Shown: piece after piece, positions 1 through 12,388 of the stretch
Numbering within the stretch: position 1 is the stretch's first letter
Layout: each line of letters starts with the position of its first letter
Source of the DNA: Mayamaea pseudoterrestris
Lineage: Eukaryota
DNA: 64,000 bases
Assembly: GCA_027923505.1 (NCBI GenBank)
Contig: BROI01000019.1
Span: 186,001 to 250,000, forward strand
Direction of reading: 5' to 3'
Made by a program: the position numbers and the translations under genes
The notes under the pieces: generated by a model
The model's database searches: none
Seen by the model: only the letters and a program-made list of their open reading frames with translations
What the model was told of the DNA's origin: nothing

Positions 1-3000
1 CGCACCAAAGCGCCTCCCTTGGCGTATCTTTCTGAATTCCTCGCTGCTCACAATCCTGGCGAAGGCGTCGATCGCTACGTTCGGTTTGAGCTTGGCGGCG
101 AACTCGGCCGTTGCGCCGCTCTCGTCGACTTGTTTGGCTCCGCCGGCTACTCGGTTGAGACTACTGCACCCGACTCGTCGCACCAGAATGGCCCAGTTGA
201 ACGTCCTCATCGCACGATCGCCGCTGGCGTCCGCTCTTCCTTGATAGGTGCCGGGCTTGAACCAAAGTACTGGCCCTATGCTCTACATCATTTCCTCCGC
301 GTCTTCAATGCCACTATGCCTTGTGGGGATGACCACAAGACGCCGTTCGAACTGTGCGTCGGTCATCAACCCGACATGTCCAATTTTAAGACGTTTGGCT
401 GCCGTCTGTATGCCCTCCCTAGTCACGGCCGTTCCGCCAAAACCCTCAACGAAGCGAGGACTGGTGTTTTCCTGGGATACGCGCGGACAACCAAGAATGC
501 CCTATACCTGGACCTTGCCAATGGGCAAATCAAGACTTGCCAGCATGTCTCGTTTGACGAGTCTTTCAATGATTTGCCGTTTCACTTAAAGCCTCCCAAT
601 GCGCAACGGCTCGATACAATCCGCGATGACGCCGAGGATCAGGCAGATAATCACCCTCTGGCCCCTACCGACTTAGAGCAATCTCTTCTCGACCTCGACG
701 TTTCTCCCAACATGTTCTACCATACCACCGCCATATCAATGGCCTTGCGCGACGGCGCCATTGCGTGTGACTTTGCACAATGCGAGTACTTGTCTCGGCC
801 CTACGTGTCGGAGTTTCACTCGCTGCCTACCGCCCGCTTTCGTAGCTTTCCTGCTTTTCGCAAGAAATTTGTTGGCTCCTACGTTGGTGCCATCAACGGC
901 ACTCCTGTGTATACTGCCGACGACATCGCCGTCCAGATTGCTGCGCTTGCAGCCACGGCTCTCCATTCCGAAGTAACTCTCGACCTCGCCCCTATTGCGT
1001 CTACCGATCGTTCCCTTCGAACGACGCCTCTCCATCTCCGCCTCGCGGACATTCGCCGTATCAGCGCTCTTATTGCTGTTGATGGGGAGGGGGACAGCGC
1101 TCAGGCATATCAACGTACACTGACAGCCTTCGCGCGCGCTCCCGCAGATAGCGAGCTTCACGAAGCACTACTCGCTACGCACCGCGTAATCAACAGAATA
1201 CAAGCGCCTTGCCTCCGCCCACTTCATCGTCTCCAATCTACCACTATGACCGACGAGGAACGGCGACTGCCTAAACTGAATCGCTCCAGCCTTCGACGAT
1301 TGTCCAACTGGTCTGAATGGGATGCGGCTCACGACAAGCAAATAGATCAACACTACAAAGATGGCACCCTCGGCCTCCCGATGGCGACCCCGATGCCAGT
1401 AGACGGGAAGCGCCCGAATGTCCTACGCGTGGTTTGGTCCTTTATGGTGAAGGAAGACGGCCGGCGAAAAGCGCGTTCATGCATCGATGGATCCAAGCGC
1501 TCTGCCCCATGGCTGCGTCAATTTGCGGAAACATACGCATCCTGTATTGAATTACCATGCCAACGCCTCTTCTTTGCCCTCGCAGCCGCCAAGAATTACG
1601 TGGTCACTATCGCGGACACCACCAATGCGTATCAACAGTCGCCAGGCCCTTCGGAGCAATGCTACTTGCGCATAGACGACGCATATCGCTCCTGGTTTCG
1701 CAAACGCCATGGGCGAGATATTGATCCTGCGACTCATGTGGTTCCCATGCTCAAAGCTTTCCAAGGCCACCCTGAGGCTGGTCGCCTATGGGAACGAATG
1801 ATCGTCGGTATTCTTACGAAACTCGGCTACAAATCGACGACCCACGAGCGCAATCTATATTGCGGTACTACCGACGGCGAAGATGTGATTATATGCCGCG
1901 AAGTGGATGATTTTGCTGTTGCATCAGAGCATTCCGAGACCGCTGATATTCTGATTGGCGCCATCAACGAATTCGTCACCACGGAGAGCAAGGGGATTGG
2001 CAACAAAATTCCTGGGTACGGCATTGTCACCCGCTACAACGGCGTGGACATGATGCAAACGCGCGACTATATTAAACTGCATTGTGAGACCTATCTGGAC
2101 AGGATATTCCATAGTCATGGCTGGTCGGAACCTTCGTCCAGCGCCATGACCGTTCCGCTGACCTCGGATGTGGCTTCCAAGCTGGATAAGTTGACTGGGC
2201 CACCCGAAGGCACGCCCGCCGCGAAACTCATCGAGGACGCCGCTAATTTTGCGTATCGGCAGCTACTTGGCGAGCTTACCTACGCATACGTTATTTGCCG
2301 CCCCGACATTGGGTATGCAGTGACGTTCCTCAGTCGTTTCGCCCGCCATCCTGCCGGGGAGCATTTTACGGCGCTGAAGAACGTGTGCCGATACCTGCGA
2401 GGGACCAAAACATGGGGAATCATGTACTGGCGTCCTGCGCCTCGCACTGACCTTCCTGCTGTGGCACACACTGTTCCACCTGCCGATCCTGCTTCAGTCC
2501 TATTGCCCGCGTTTCCTACTTCGAGGCTCCTCGAACTAGTCGGATTTGTCGACGCCGCTCACGCGACTGAGTCCACCACTCGCCGGTCAGTTACTGGCTA
2601 CTCCTTCAACTTTGCTGGTGGCGCCATTGCCTACAAATCCAAGCTCCAAGCTACTGTCGCCACGTCTTCTACGGAAGCGGAGTTCATTGCTGCTGTTCAC
2701 GCCGCCAAGACCGCCAAATACTTGCGCTCCGTCCTACAGGACCTTGGTTTTCCACCACCAGGTCCAACCTTGCTCTATGAAGACAACCAGGCCACAATCG
2801 CCATGGTCAACAGCAATCGCCCTACCGTTCGCTCTCGGCATATCGACGTTCAGTACTTCGCAATCCAGGAATGGCGCGCCCGCCGCATTGTTGAGCTTGC
2901 GCATATTCCCGGCGTTATCAATCCAGCCGATCAACTCACTAAAGCGCTCGGATGGGTCCTTCATGCCCGCCATGCGCGACGTGCCATGGGACATTTCGGC

Positions 3001-3021
3001 CCGCCTACCGTCCTCAAGTAA
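1..3021 (+). CDS. pol: Copia Pol polyprotein, partial (integrase core, RT, RNase H)
   Basis: Integrase QNGPVERPHRT and FKTFGC; RT KARSC and EVDD; RPDIGYAV; RNase H FVDAAHA, STEAEF, YEDNQ and NPADQLTK. The frame is open from the window edge. Confidence 0.95.
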   Translation, partial: RTKAPPLAYLSEFLAAHNPGEGVDRYVRFELGGELGRCAALVDLFGSAGYSVETTAPDSSHQNGPVERPHRTIAAGVRSSLIGAGLEPKYWPYALHHFLRVFNATMPCGDDHKTPFELCVGHQPDMSNFKTFGCRLYALPSHGRSAKTLNEARTGVFLGYARTTKNALYLDLANGQIKTCQHVSFDESFNDLPFHLKPPNAQRLDTIRDDAEDQADNHPLAPTDLEQSLLDLDVSPNMFYHTTAISMALRDGAIACDFAQCEYLSRPYVSEFHSLPTARFRSFPAFRKKFVGSYVGAINGTPVYTADDIAVQIAALAATALHSEVTLDLAPIASTDRSLRTTPLHLRLADIRRISALIAVDGEGDSAQAYQRTLTAFARAPADSELHEALLATHRVINRIQAPCLRPLHRLQSTTMTDEERRLPKLNRSSLRRLSNWSEWDAAHDKQIDQHYKDGTLGLPMATPMPVDGKRPNVLRVVWSFMVKEDGRRKARSCIDGSKRSAPWLRQFAETYASCIELPCQRLFFALAAAKNYVVTIADTTNAYQQSPGPSEQCYLRIDDAYRSWFRKRHGRDIDPATHVVPMLKAFQGHPEAGRLWERMIVGILTKLGYKSTTHERNLYCGTTDGEDVIICREVDDFAVASEHSETADILIGAINEFVTTESKGIGNKIPGYGIVTRYNGVDMMQTRDYIKLHCETYLDRIFHSHGWSEPSSSAMTVPLTSDVASKLDKLTGPPEGTPAAKLIEDAANFAYRQLLGELTYAYVICRPDIGYAVTFLSRFARHPAGEHFTALKNVCRYLRGTKTWGIMYWRPAPRTDLPAVAHTVPPADPASVLLPAFPTSRLLELVGFVDAAHATESTTRRSVTGYSFNFAGGAIAYKSKLQATVATSSTEAEFIAAVHAAKTAKYLRSVLQDLGFPPPGPTLLYEDNQATIAMVNSNRPTVRSRHIDVQYFAIQEWRARRIVELAHIPGVINPADQLTKALGWVLHARHARRAMGHFGPPTVLK

Positions 3022-3134
3022 GGCTCCCGTAGCTCACGACGACCCTGTCGCACAACGTTATCTCGTTCGTCAGCACGGAGTCTATGTCCAGACCTGCCCT
3101 TTCCTGGCTTCATGATGCTTAAAGCCGGGGAGGG

Positions 3135-3671
3135 TGTTGGAACATGTCTGGGAGAACACTAATTTAGCTACCCTTTGGTGATTCGGTTATGAGGGCTTTG
3201 CCGCGTCAGTCGACGGGCACCACTGGCTGGACCTCGGGACCGATGCACCCGATCACCGATTCGCTCATCTTTCTTTGTACCCTTTAAACTAAAAGCATGC
3301 CATAGACCTATTGTTATACCAAACAATAAGCCTATAAAGCCTACAGCTATATATCTAGGATTACTCCCAGTTGAATAAGAAGCGGGAACGTGGATATCAA
3401 CAGGCAAGTACCCAGTGGCCCTACCGATCCATCGGCCACGAACCAGACTGTTGCAATTGCCGCATAATTGGCCGGAGACGGACAAGCTGACTGGAAACGG
3501 TTGGTCTGCAAGGAATACAGCCTATCAACCGTCGAGTAGAGTCATTGTAGCAGGCCAGTCCTCCTTTGATCCGAACGGCACCCGCAAACGGATTCATTGA
3601 GTAGCGTCAGTGATAGTCATTCCGCTGCAGCAACCCGACCAAGCTCACAGCTGTGCAAGCTTGTTCTAACA
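3135..3671 (+). repeat. 3' LTR of the copia element (~537 bp)
   Basis: Starts TGTTGGAACA directly after the PPT and ends TGTTCTAACA (9/10 inverted match). An alternative pairing, 3138-3678 (TGGAACATGT/ACATGTTCCA), is also possible. Confidence 0.75.
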
Positions 3672-4598
3672 TGTTCCAGCGAACGAAAATTTGTTGGCTC
3701 GCGTTGGGGCCTTGCGAATGGTTGCCATCTTTGGTTGATTCGCTAACGCTGTTGCCTTTTTTCTCTTGGCCGCTGATGGAGACGGCTTAGTTGTCGAGGT
3801 TGGCGAGGTGCTGCTGCTTGTTGGATGTGGCAATGCAGTGGACGGAACGTGTACGGCCGCACTGCTAGCTTTGGCTTTTGAAAACTTGTTTTTCTTCCAC
3901 TGCAGAATGGCTTGGTTAATATCAAGTGCCTCAGACTCGTGATCTACATCAGCCGTTGTGGTTTTCGACTGGAACGCTGTAGAAGCAACAGCCTTTTGTA
4001 TCATACGTTGGACAAGGCGTTGATTGAGCCTATCCGAATCGCCCCGATCCGACCGATACAATACGAGCGGTGCACTGGCCGTGGGTCCCAAACTCAGAGT
4101 CACTGACACAGTCTGATCTGTGCATGTGAAGAAGGATGAATCGCTATCATCTGCATGTTCCTGCAGCGCGTTTAATGCCTTGGCAATATTCATGGCTGGA
4201 ATCTGGCAATTCTCCTGTAGAAACAAGTCGTAACCAAACTGCTCAAACAGCAATCGCAAATCCTCCAATGTCAAGCTTCCGCTGCTGACATCTCTGCCTC
4301 CAGCTCCATCTGCATTCAATATCAAACCTCCAAACTGCACTGAACAAAAGGTGCGCGCGAAATGAAAGAGTGCATCAACGTATACAAGCGCATCTGATTG
4401 ATGCGGCGCCGCCACGTAACTATCGTCGTAGACTGCACTATTCAAGATTGGCGATCTCCAATATAGTCGATGAATGCGATTGTCGTTTGTCTCAGCCAGA
4501 GCCTGAGTCGTCTCGGGGCCGCCGCAGAGCTGCGCGGAAAGGAAAACGACAAATTCTTCGAGGTCAAACGAAGTTGTATGCTGAATGCTGCTAGTCAT
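3666..4598 (-). CDS. Hypothetical protein with a Ser/Thr/Lys-rich C-terminal tail; stop codon falls inside the LTR
   Basis: Long ORF; likely ATG at 4598 (MTSSIQ); divergent from SCC2. No family recognised. Confidence 0.6.
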   Translation of the reverse strand: MTSSIQHTTSFDLEEFVVFLSAQLCGGPETTQALAETNDNRIHRLYWRSPILNSAVYDDSYVAAPHQSDALVYVDALFHFARTFCSVQFGGLILNADGAGGRDVSSGSLTLEDLRLLFEQFGYDLFLQENCQIPAMNIAKALNALQEHADDSDSSFFTCTDQTVSVTLSLGPTASAPLVLYRSDRGDSDRLNQRLVQRMIQKAVASTAFQSKTTTADVDHESEALDINQAILQWKKNKFSKAKASSAAVHVPSTALPHPTSSSTSPTSTTKPSPSAAKRKKATALANQPKMATIRKAPTRANKFSFAGTC

Positions 4599-4955
4599 CT
4601 TTGTATCAGTGAAAAAATATATTTTTGATATTGATCTGAAAACGAGGCTCTTACATGCAATACAGCAACGCGAGAAGCCGCGCTTCCGCCATGGTGATGG
4701 CTGCCCTACTTCGTCGCTTTGCATGTTGGATCCAAATTTTGAAAATATCGCAACGGTGCTCCGGGTCTTTCAATCGCTGGAACCTCGCTTGCGGTGCGAC
4801 TCGCTCGCTTTTCCTGCGCCGCGTTTGTTTGCGGCGTCGTCGCTGCTGCTGCGAACAAGAGATCAGCCTTTGCCGTTTCAATGCGACAATATATATTTGA
4901 TATTGGTATATAAGTAGTTTAGTAAGAGTCATTGCATCAAGATTGCCGCATCATC

Positions 4956-7900
4956 ATGGAAGTTTCAGCGGCGGAACGTCAGCTCGACGCGCAGAACCAG
5001 CGATTCCTCGACACGGTGGATCGCATCGTCCAGCGAGTCAATCTGCAGGAGGGCCGAGAGGGCGGTACGCCGCTGATTAAAAAGGCAAATACATCATCAG
5101 AAGGTCCATTGACAAGTACGGAAATGGGAGAGCTGAGCTTCTTGTGTTCATTGGCGAGTACGCTTCCAGAGTCGACGGAGCTAGTGCCGACTGGATTCGC
5201 CGCCGTGGAGCTTGATCAGTTGAGCGCATTGACGGACCTACTGGATCGTCATATTAATCTTGCGGCTGGAATCAATTTGTTTCAGCAGGCGCATTTAGTC
5301 ATTGTAGGAGAGGACTCCTCAGGAGCGGTTGCGACGGCGCTGGACAAGGTACGACAACTAATGAAAAGATTGCTCTGTCATTTGTCATTGCCTCGCTCCG
5401 ACACTGACCCTCAAGCATTGTCATTTTTGCAGTGGATCAAGCACCAAGGCACGCGTACTATTGTGACTCTACGTATGGGTTTGGAAGCAGCCTCGATTGT
5501 CATTTACATGGCGTCCATGCAAGGCGTCGACCGTCGGGCTACAAATGAGGATGCGATTGAAGCGTCCATTTCCTTGATGCGAAGCCATTTGCAAAAGAAT
5601 ATAATGCCAACTCTGTGTCAGACTGGACATTTGGCTATATCAAGTGGCAACGCTGTATCGCTGGAGGAAAAGATCAAGACGGACTCGTCGCCGGCGGCCA
5701 AGCGCCGAAAAATCTCGGATCATGCCGCTGCCGTGTCGCCCGCCAATATTCGACCAGTCTACAAGCTTATTCTCCCTACAATCAATGCGCAGATTCTTCT
5801 CGTTGAGCGTTTGGAGAATCTTGTCCGCCTAGTGCCATTGGACGATCAGCAGATTATGATGCTGACGAGTCCGGCCATGATGGTCTTGGAGGTTGATTGC
5901 GTTCCAATGCACAGTTGCAAATCCGTTTCGCCTGGGATCTCATTGCAAAAGGCTTACATTGCACTTGCCACTGAAGCCTTTCGTCGATACAAGCTGCACC
6001 GAGAAACCATCTTGGAAGACATGTTTCCTATCATGCTTCGACTACCGACGGGCAGGAAGGCTCGGGCGTGTCATGTGTCATACTTGGGCGTACCTTCGGG
6101 CGCATCCTTTGCCGCTTTCAACGCTTCGTTGCTCAAGGGATTGGTATCCACGGCGACGCAACCACACAATATTCAAATGATGACGGCCATGCTTTTATCT
6201 TTGGTGCAAGCATGTGTCACTCGACCGACCTATGTGGAGTTGGATAACAATTCCGAGCAACAGCAAGAGGACGTCTTTTTAAATGGCTTGCAGGAATGTA
6301 AAATGGTAGTTGACTTTTTCTGCACCCAGTTACTTGGCCGATGTTCCAAGAAAAAGAGCGTCATGGAGTTTCGGCCCATTCTCGTGAATCTTGTGGAAGA
6401 TTTATTGCTTTGCCTTTTGCTGCCGGAATATCCTGCGGCAGAGCTGATGGTATCGGGGCTTCTCTCTCGGCTTACTTTCGACATGAAGCGGTCTAGCTCA
6501 ACATTGAACTCGAAGTCGAAACAAGCGCTCGAAACAACATACTTGAATACTGCCTTTGATTTGGTTGGAAAAATTGGCTCGGTACAAGCACGCATTCTCG
6601 CCGTCTACCGCGACAAGGCTTTGCACATGACAACGACCGAACCCGTTGCACGAGATGAGCACGACGAACTAATTTTGGGGTGCTATTGCGGTAACACAAG
6701 CTCAGGAGGCCATTTGATTATTGAATGCGATAACTGTCAAATCAGCTTTCACGGAAGCTGCGTCAATATTGATCATGACATGGATGAAGATGAATGGTTT
6801 TGCGATGCTTGCAAGCTGAGCCGGCTGTTCGAGCGCGAACGATGCCGACACGAGCACGGCGGCGAGAATAGTTTTGTCAACGAAGAATATGTTTTGTATC
6901 AGTCATTCTTCTCGTTCCTTTCGCACCGAGAGGGAGGGGCATTGAAAGAGCTGCATGATGCTACACAAGTCCATTTGGCACGCTGGACGGCGGTTTTAAA
7001 TCCTCCCACCCAGAAGACAGAAAAATCGGTCAAGCCAAAGCGTATCACGCGCGGTCTTTTGGAGTTCTGGGATGTTCCTGGACCTGGAGCAGAGCCACTG
7101 ACGGACGAAGGCACCAATCGTCTGATTTTATCGTTGGCAGTCAAGACATCGCAAATCTTCAAGTGTTTCCACCCTCAAATATCTGTTATTTTGCAGCTCA
7201 TGGGTGACGGATCACACGCCTTGCGAAAGTTGTCATTGAAAGCTCTCGAAAAGGTGAGATCTCTAACTCGACACAGGAATGGATATGAGCTTGTCGATTC
7301 TATGTCCAGACTAACCTTCTAGTAACCATTTACAGACAGCGGAAGGCGATCCTGCCTTGATGGCCATGAAACATATCACTGAAGGCGTAGCGCAACGTTT
7401 TACAGATGAGTCCATCTCTGTACGCGAAGCTGCGATTGCACTTGTTGGAGCGTACATGATAAGCGCACCGAACATTGCCGACTCGTTCCACTCCTCTTTG
7501 CTTCCGTGCTTGTCGGACTCTGGTGTTAGCGTTCGCAAGCGAGCCGTCAAAATTTTTGAAGGCGTTTTGATGTCGAACGCTTCGTACAAAGGCCGTGCGC
7601 AGGCTTGCCACCTGTTACTGCAACGAGCAGCCGACCCGAAGGAAGAAGACTCAGTTCGCGACAGCATATACGATCTTTTTACGCACTTGTGGCTGCGAGG
7701 AGGACAAGACGTTGTTGCAACGGTGTCTGTGACCCGTCAGAGGGATGTTGCCTTAGTTGAGATGCAATCACCAAGCTCAACGGACGTGTCAGATCAAGCG
7801 AACCTAATTACACCTAATACTCCATCAACAACAAGTTTTGGCAAGAAGACTGTTTATTTGAAACGTTCTGACATTGCCGCGGAGCAGATGATGAAGGTTG

Positions 7901-10390
7901 TGCGATCCGGAGGAACAAATATTCATTTGGCGTCGCTGCTCAAGACGCTCATTGATGGAGAAGACACAGAAATAGTGGACCGTAAGAAGCGTGCGTCATT
8001 GGGACAAAAGTTTCGCGACGAGCTCATTGACTCTCTTTTTGAGCTGCTTATGTCCGTGGAAGAACAAAGGTCGGCTCGTTCCTCTCGCGTTGCAAAGGAT
8101 ATTGCAGCGACTCTTCAAACAATTGCTGTGTTTACAGATTTTGCTCCAATTGCTGTACTTCGCCAGATTGATGTTTTATTACTCTTCTTAAAAGCTGATA
8201 ACGGAGTATGCTTCGAAGACGAGACTGCTATCGTGTCCACTATTTGTGACATTCTCTATCGGCTCGTGATTGTGCTGCAAAATCAAGCTGCTAACCGGTT
8301 GTCCAGCTTGAAGGTGGCCATGGACCTTCGCGGAGTCGTTTGCAAGTTTCCACCGACTACAATTGAAGCAGCTATACGAGCATGGTGCGCCATCATCGAA
8401 CATGAAGATAATAAGCAATCAGAATTCTCAATCAAGTTTTTGGAGCTTTTGCGATCTTTCTATCGCCATCTAGTTTTAAAGAACGATCAGTACAATGACT
8501 TTTCGAAAGCAGATGTAAGTAAAACGAAATCCATGTGCAGGGTTGATGCAATACACTACTTCTCGTCTCACTATGGTAGTGCGCTTCGCAGCAAGATACT
8601 CGAGACAGGGTTGGTCGTTCCTTGGTTGTTATCGGTTTAATCTGCCAATATTACGGCCATCGGTTTGCATTCGTAGATTGGGATGATGTAATGGCAAATG
8701 CTATGTCAGACTTTGTCCTGCCTCCTGCAAAGACTCTCACATGGGATGAAGCGGCAATGGCCTGCTTTAGTATTTTTTCCACCTACTTGCAAAAAGCTGA
8801 CTCTTCGACCAAATGCAAAGCGTTGAGCGGCTACAGTGGCATGTTTCTCGCAGCGCCACGCTTATTGCTGAAGCTCGAAGAAATGAAGTTGATAACGTGA
8901 GTGGAATTGGCCAAGCGGACTGTTTGATCCCCCTCCATGACTAACATTACTCTCTCCCTGCAGAGCATTAATGGATGCTGGCGCCGAGATTTCACTGCAG
9001 CGCGAAACATTGCGATGCTTACAAAAGATATTGGTGGTAAGTAAGACGGTCTTTAACATGTTGCATCTGTTTCTTTCTTTCTCATATGAAATATCTTGCT
9101 TTTTCTGTATAGTCGGAAGAACTACGTATCGACGGCGGCACTGCTAAGCAAAAGGCGAAGGTTGAGCATTCAGTAACTGAACGCATCTCTGGCGACCAGG
9201 ACGGAGATGCGACAATCTTTGGTGGGATTTTGGCGAATCATGCTAATCGGCTCTGCGAAATGACGCAATCTGGGGACGTCGAACTCCGAGACGCCTCGTT
9301 GAAACTCCTCGAGGTACTCCTTCGACAAGGACTGATCAACCCGAATGACGCAGTTCCATATCTATTTGCACTCCAGGGCGACATTAACAACAGCTCAATC
9401 CGCTCGCGAGCGCTTCGTCTTCTCATGACGGAAGCCGACAAGCGCCCCGACATGATTCGTCAACGTGTGTGTGCAGGCGTGAAGAAAGCATATGAGCTCC
9501 AACGAATTATCAACCCAAAAAAGACGGACGTGTCTGCGTTGATTGGGAAACATCATGGCCGGAACACCACTTACGAATGCGTTTTCGACAGTTTGTTCAA
9601 GGAATGTATTCGGTCTAATCGAAAACAGCGCCTCGGCCTTTACGCCAACTTGCTTGGACAGTTTGAACTTTACAAGAACTCAGACTTTGAGGGACCGCAA
9701 ACATCTCGCAAAAACACAAAATCGACTCGGACTGACTTTCCGCTTCTTGGATTTTCTTCCCAAGTCCTGGCGCACTTGTCGTACAACACGGTGACGGATC
9801 CGCTGTTCATTATCCACAGTATTGGTTCTATTGTCGGTTTTCAAGGACCGCATGTGCTCGATCGACTTGCAGCATTACTCCGCCCCGTTGGTCTAGCGAG
9901 TGAAGACGAACTTGATGAAACGAATGCATCCGAAGACGTGTTGGAACGTGCCGCGAAAACCAAATTTCCCAAGAATACCAAGGAGGCGAAGGCAATTCTT
10001 GCCAACAGTTTTGACATGGTGGCTTTCGCCGAGCTATGTCAAGCTGGCGCCGGTTTGGCGCTGCTGCTTCGTTTGAAAGGCTACCTTCGTCAGCTGTATA
10101 ACTTGAGCGAAGCGCGTTGCTTGGAGTACGACCCCAACGCGAAGGAACGTCCCAACGACAAGAACATTTCCAAGAACCAGACACTGCCTCCGTTTGACGC
10201 GCACCTTGATGCTAGCCAAAAGGCCACGTCTGGTGACGTCGACGCGGTGATTCGTCAGTATGCGGATTTTAGAGTCCTTATGCGCGAGGAGACGGTCAGC
10301 GCTCAGGAAGCTGAGTTTGCCGCATCAGAATCCGAGAATGACGAAGTTGGTAACGATGATGCCGGTGAAGCGGACGTTGAGATGGATTAA
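4956..10390 (+). CDS. SCC2: Cohesin loader Scc2/Nipped-B-like protein with a PHD finger; 6 exons
   Basis: LLLPEYPAAE; PHD (CYC...CDNC..FHGSC...WFCDAC); HEAT repeats (DESISVREAA, DSGVSVRKRAVKI); Nipped-B_C (QGLINP..AVPYLFALQ). Frame-consistent introns: 5349-5432, 7254-7335, 8515-8579 (or 8591), 8897-8963, 9037-9112. Confidence 0.92.
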
Positions 10391-11152
10391 GTCAGATCCA
10401 AATACAGTAGCATTTGTCGCTGACCGACGAAAAAGACTCCGTCAATTACTATGAGCAGAATGACGTATTTACACGCATTGCTGGATATTATGGTCTCGCA
10501 TGTTCGATAATTCTTGCTGCCAATCAATTTTTCGCATACAACCCAACAAAAAGGACCCGTTTCGTATTATCCATTATTAGTGCATATATATAAAAACTGT
10601 AGTGAGCTTGCAACAAGTAGTGGTTAGCCAACAAATACTTGCAATCGCCAACTGTGTGCTGTGAGCTATGAGGCGCTATGCCTCCATGGTCATTTCAGTG
10701 TTAATCGAGCGACGCGTGCAACGGCGGAGCCTCAAGATGGAGGCTTAACTAAGTTTTATCTTGTGACACCGTCTAATTAAATACTTGGACTTCCACTTCC
10801 CAGTGACTGTTTCAGTCTTGAGGAAAAGTAAAATAATGCAAAATGACTGGTGCATCTTGGGTTAGGCATAAGAGGATGTTTAGGTCATTAACTCACGGAA
10901 AACGTCCTTGGGCCCTTTTACATTAGTGCCCCAAGGCCATCCACTCACGTGGCGCATGACCATGCGGAGTGCCGAAAGACCCAGCGAAGCTCACATTGGC
11001 CCGACTGACAGCTTCCACCGCCACAACGTTTTCCATCGTCCAACGCGAAGCATCCTCATTATACACCGCATCAGGTGACTCCCCACTAAAGCCTCTTTCA
11101 CTTTAAACGTCTTTTACTAATATCCGATACTACGGTAGCTACATATACAACC

Positions 11153-12388
11153 ATGTCGAATAATCTCCGCAGCGTCCTCGCAAAATTCGAAAATACAATC
11201 CACGAGAATGAAAAATCGGGCGTCTCCTCGGGCATGTACTTGAGCAACGTGGCGAGCCGCGGGCCGCGCGTACCACTGAGCAACGCGCACGCCCGACGAA
11301 TGTCCGCCGTGGCGAGTGGGAATGCTTCCGTCGCATCGGCGTCGTCCGCCTACGCCAATCGGCAGCGGCGCGCCTCGTTGGTGGGAACGCTGGCGGAACG
11401 CAAAACCCTCCGACAAGGGTCCATTGATGGCACCAATTCAACCACCGATAGCACCGTCGAAGATCAGGATGGCTTTGGCGAAGTGATTGCTCTTTCCTCT
11501 TCCGATCGACGCAGCATGCTGGCGAAAACAATGTCGGAGCGATCAATCATCAAGGAGGATGGCAACGAGCCAGACGGCGGCAACGACCCATTCTACGTGG
11601 AACTGCCCGCGACGGACGCCAACGGCTTTCCCATTGCACCTCCGCCAAGGGAGAAGCGAGCGTCGGCGGGCCGGCAGCGGCTGCGTCAAACCTCGCTCAC
11701 GTCGGCGAGTCATTCGTCCCGAAAGGTGGGAGGTGTGCCGAGCGACGCAAGCGGCGGCAGCAAGGAACCATTGTCGTCACGGACGTCAGCAAAGCCATCC
11801 TCTTCACGACAAGAATCGCCACCAACGTCTAGTTCACGACGAGGCAGTGATAAAAGTGAAAAAGAGTTGTCGGATTCACGACATGGGTCATCCGGCGACT
11901 TGTCCAAACCAAAGACTAGCAGTAGCAGTCGCCCCAGTGGAACAAGATCGTCACGTCAAACATCAATTCGATCCGGAGGTGGAGACGATGCAACTGATTC
12001 TCGTCGCAGCAAGCCAAAGGAAGCTGAACCAATATCCGATTCTCGTCATGGCGACAAGCCAAAGAGTAGTAGTCGCTCGGCTCGACAAACGTCGATTCGC
12101 AGCAGCGCCACGTCCAACGCCAGTGACGGCAACAAGGAGCCGTCGCGAAGAAGCAGCGAAAGTCGACGCGGCGACAAGGAGCGCACCCATAAATCAGCCG
12201 GCGAGCATAAATCCAGCAGCAGCAAAAGCAGCAGCAGTCAACTAAAGCGAAGTGACCGGCAAATGTCGGATGTGGAGCGACTCGCCAGTCGATCGAGAAA
12301 ACCAGTGGCAGTTGTCGAGTCGAGCACTTCGCACCATGATTCATTTTTGAATGATAGTGAGAGCTCCAACTTTGGTGATTTTAGTTGA
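11153..12388 (+). CDS. Ser/Arg-rich low-complexity hypothetical protein
   Basis: 411-aa ORF with a good ATG context (ACAACCATG); repeated RQTS and SDSRHG motifs. Confidence 0.7.
   Translation: MSNNLRSVLAKFENTIHENEKSGVSSGMYLSNVASRGPRVPLSNAHARRMSAVASGNASVASASSAYANRQRRASLVGTLAERKTLRQGSIDGTNSTTDSTVEDQDGFGEVIALSSSDRRSMLAKTMSERSIIKEDGNEPDGGNDPFYVELPATDANGFPIAPPPREKRASAGRQRLRQTSLTSASHSSRKVGGVPSDASGGSKEPLSSRTSAKPSSSRQESPPTSSSRRGSDKSEKELSDSRHGSSGDLSKPKTSSSSRPSGTRSSRQTSIRSGGGDDATDSRRSKPKEAEPISDSRHGDKPKSSSRSARQTSIRSSATSNASDGNKEPSRRSSESRRGDKERTHKSAGEHKSSSSKSSSSQLKRSDRQMSDVERLASRSRKPVAVVESSTSHHDSFLNDSESSNFGDFS

Larger units (their letters stand above)
1..3671 (+). mobile_element. Ty1/copia (CoDi-like) LTR retrotransposon, 3' part; 5' end lies outside the window
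   Basis: Pol ORF in integrase-RT-RNaseH order, followed by a purine tract (GGGGAGGG, 3127-3134) and a TG...CA LTR. Confidence 0.93.

Noticed and set aside
2546..3115. 189-aa alternate-frame ORF overlapping RNase H
   Set aside because: Low-complexity off-frame product of pol codon bias; no env-like features.
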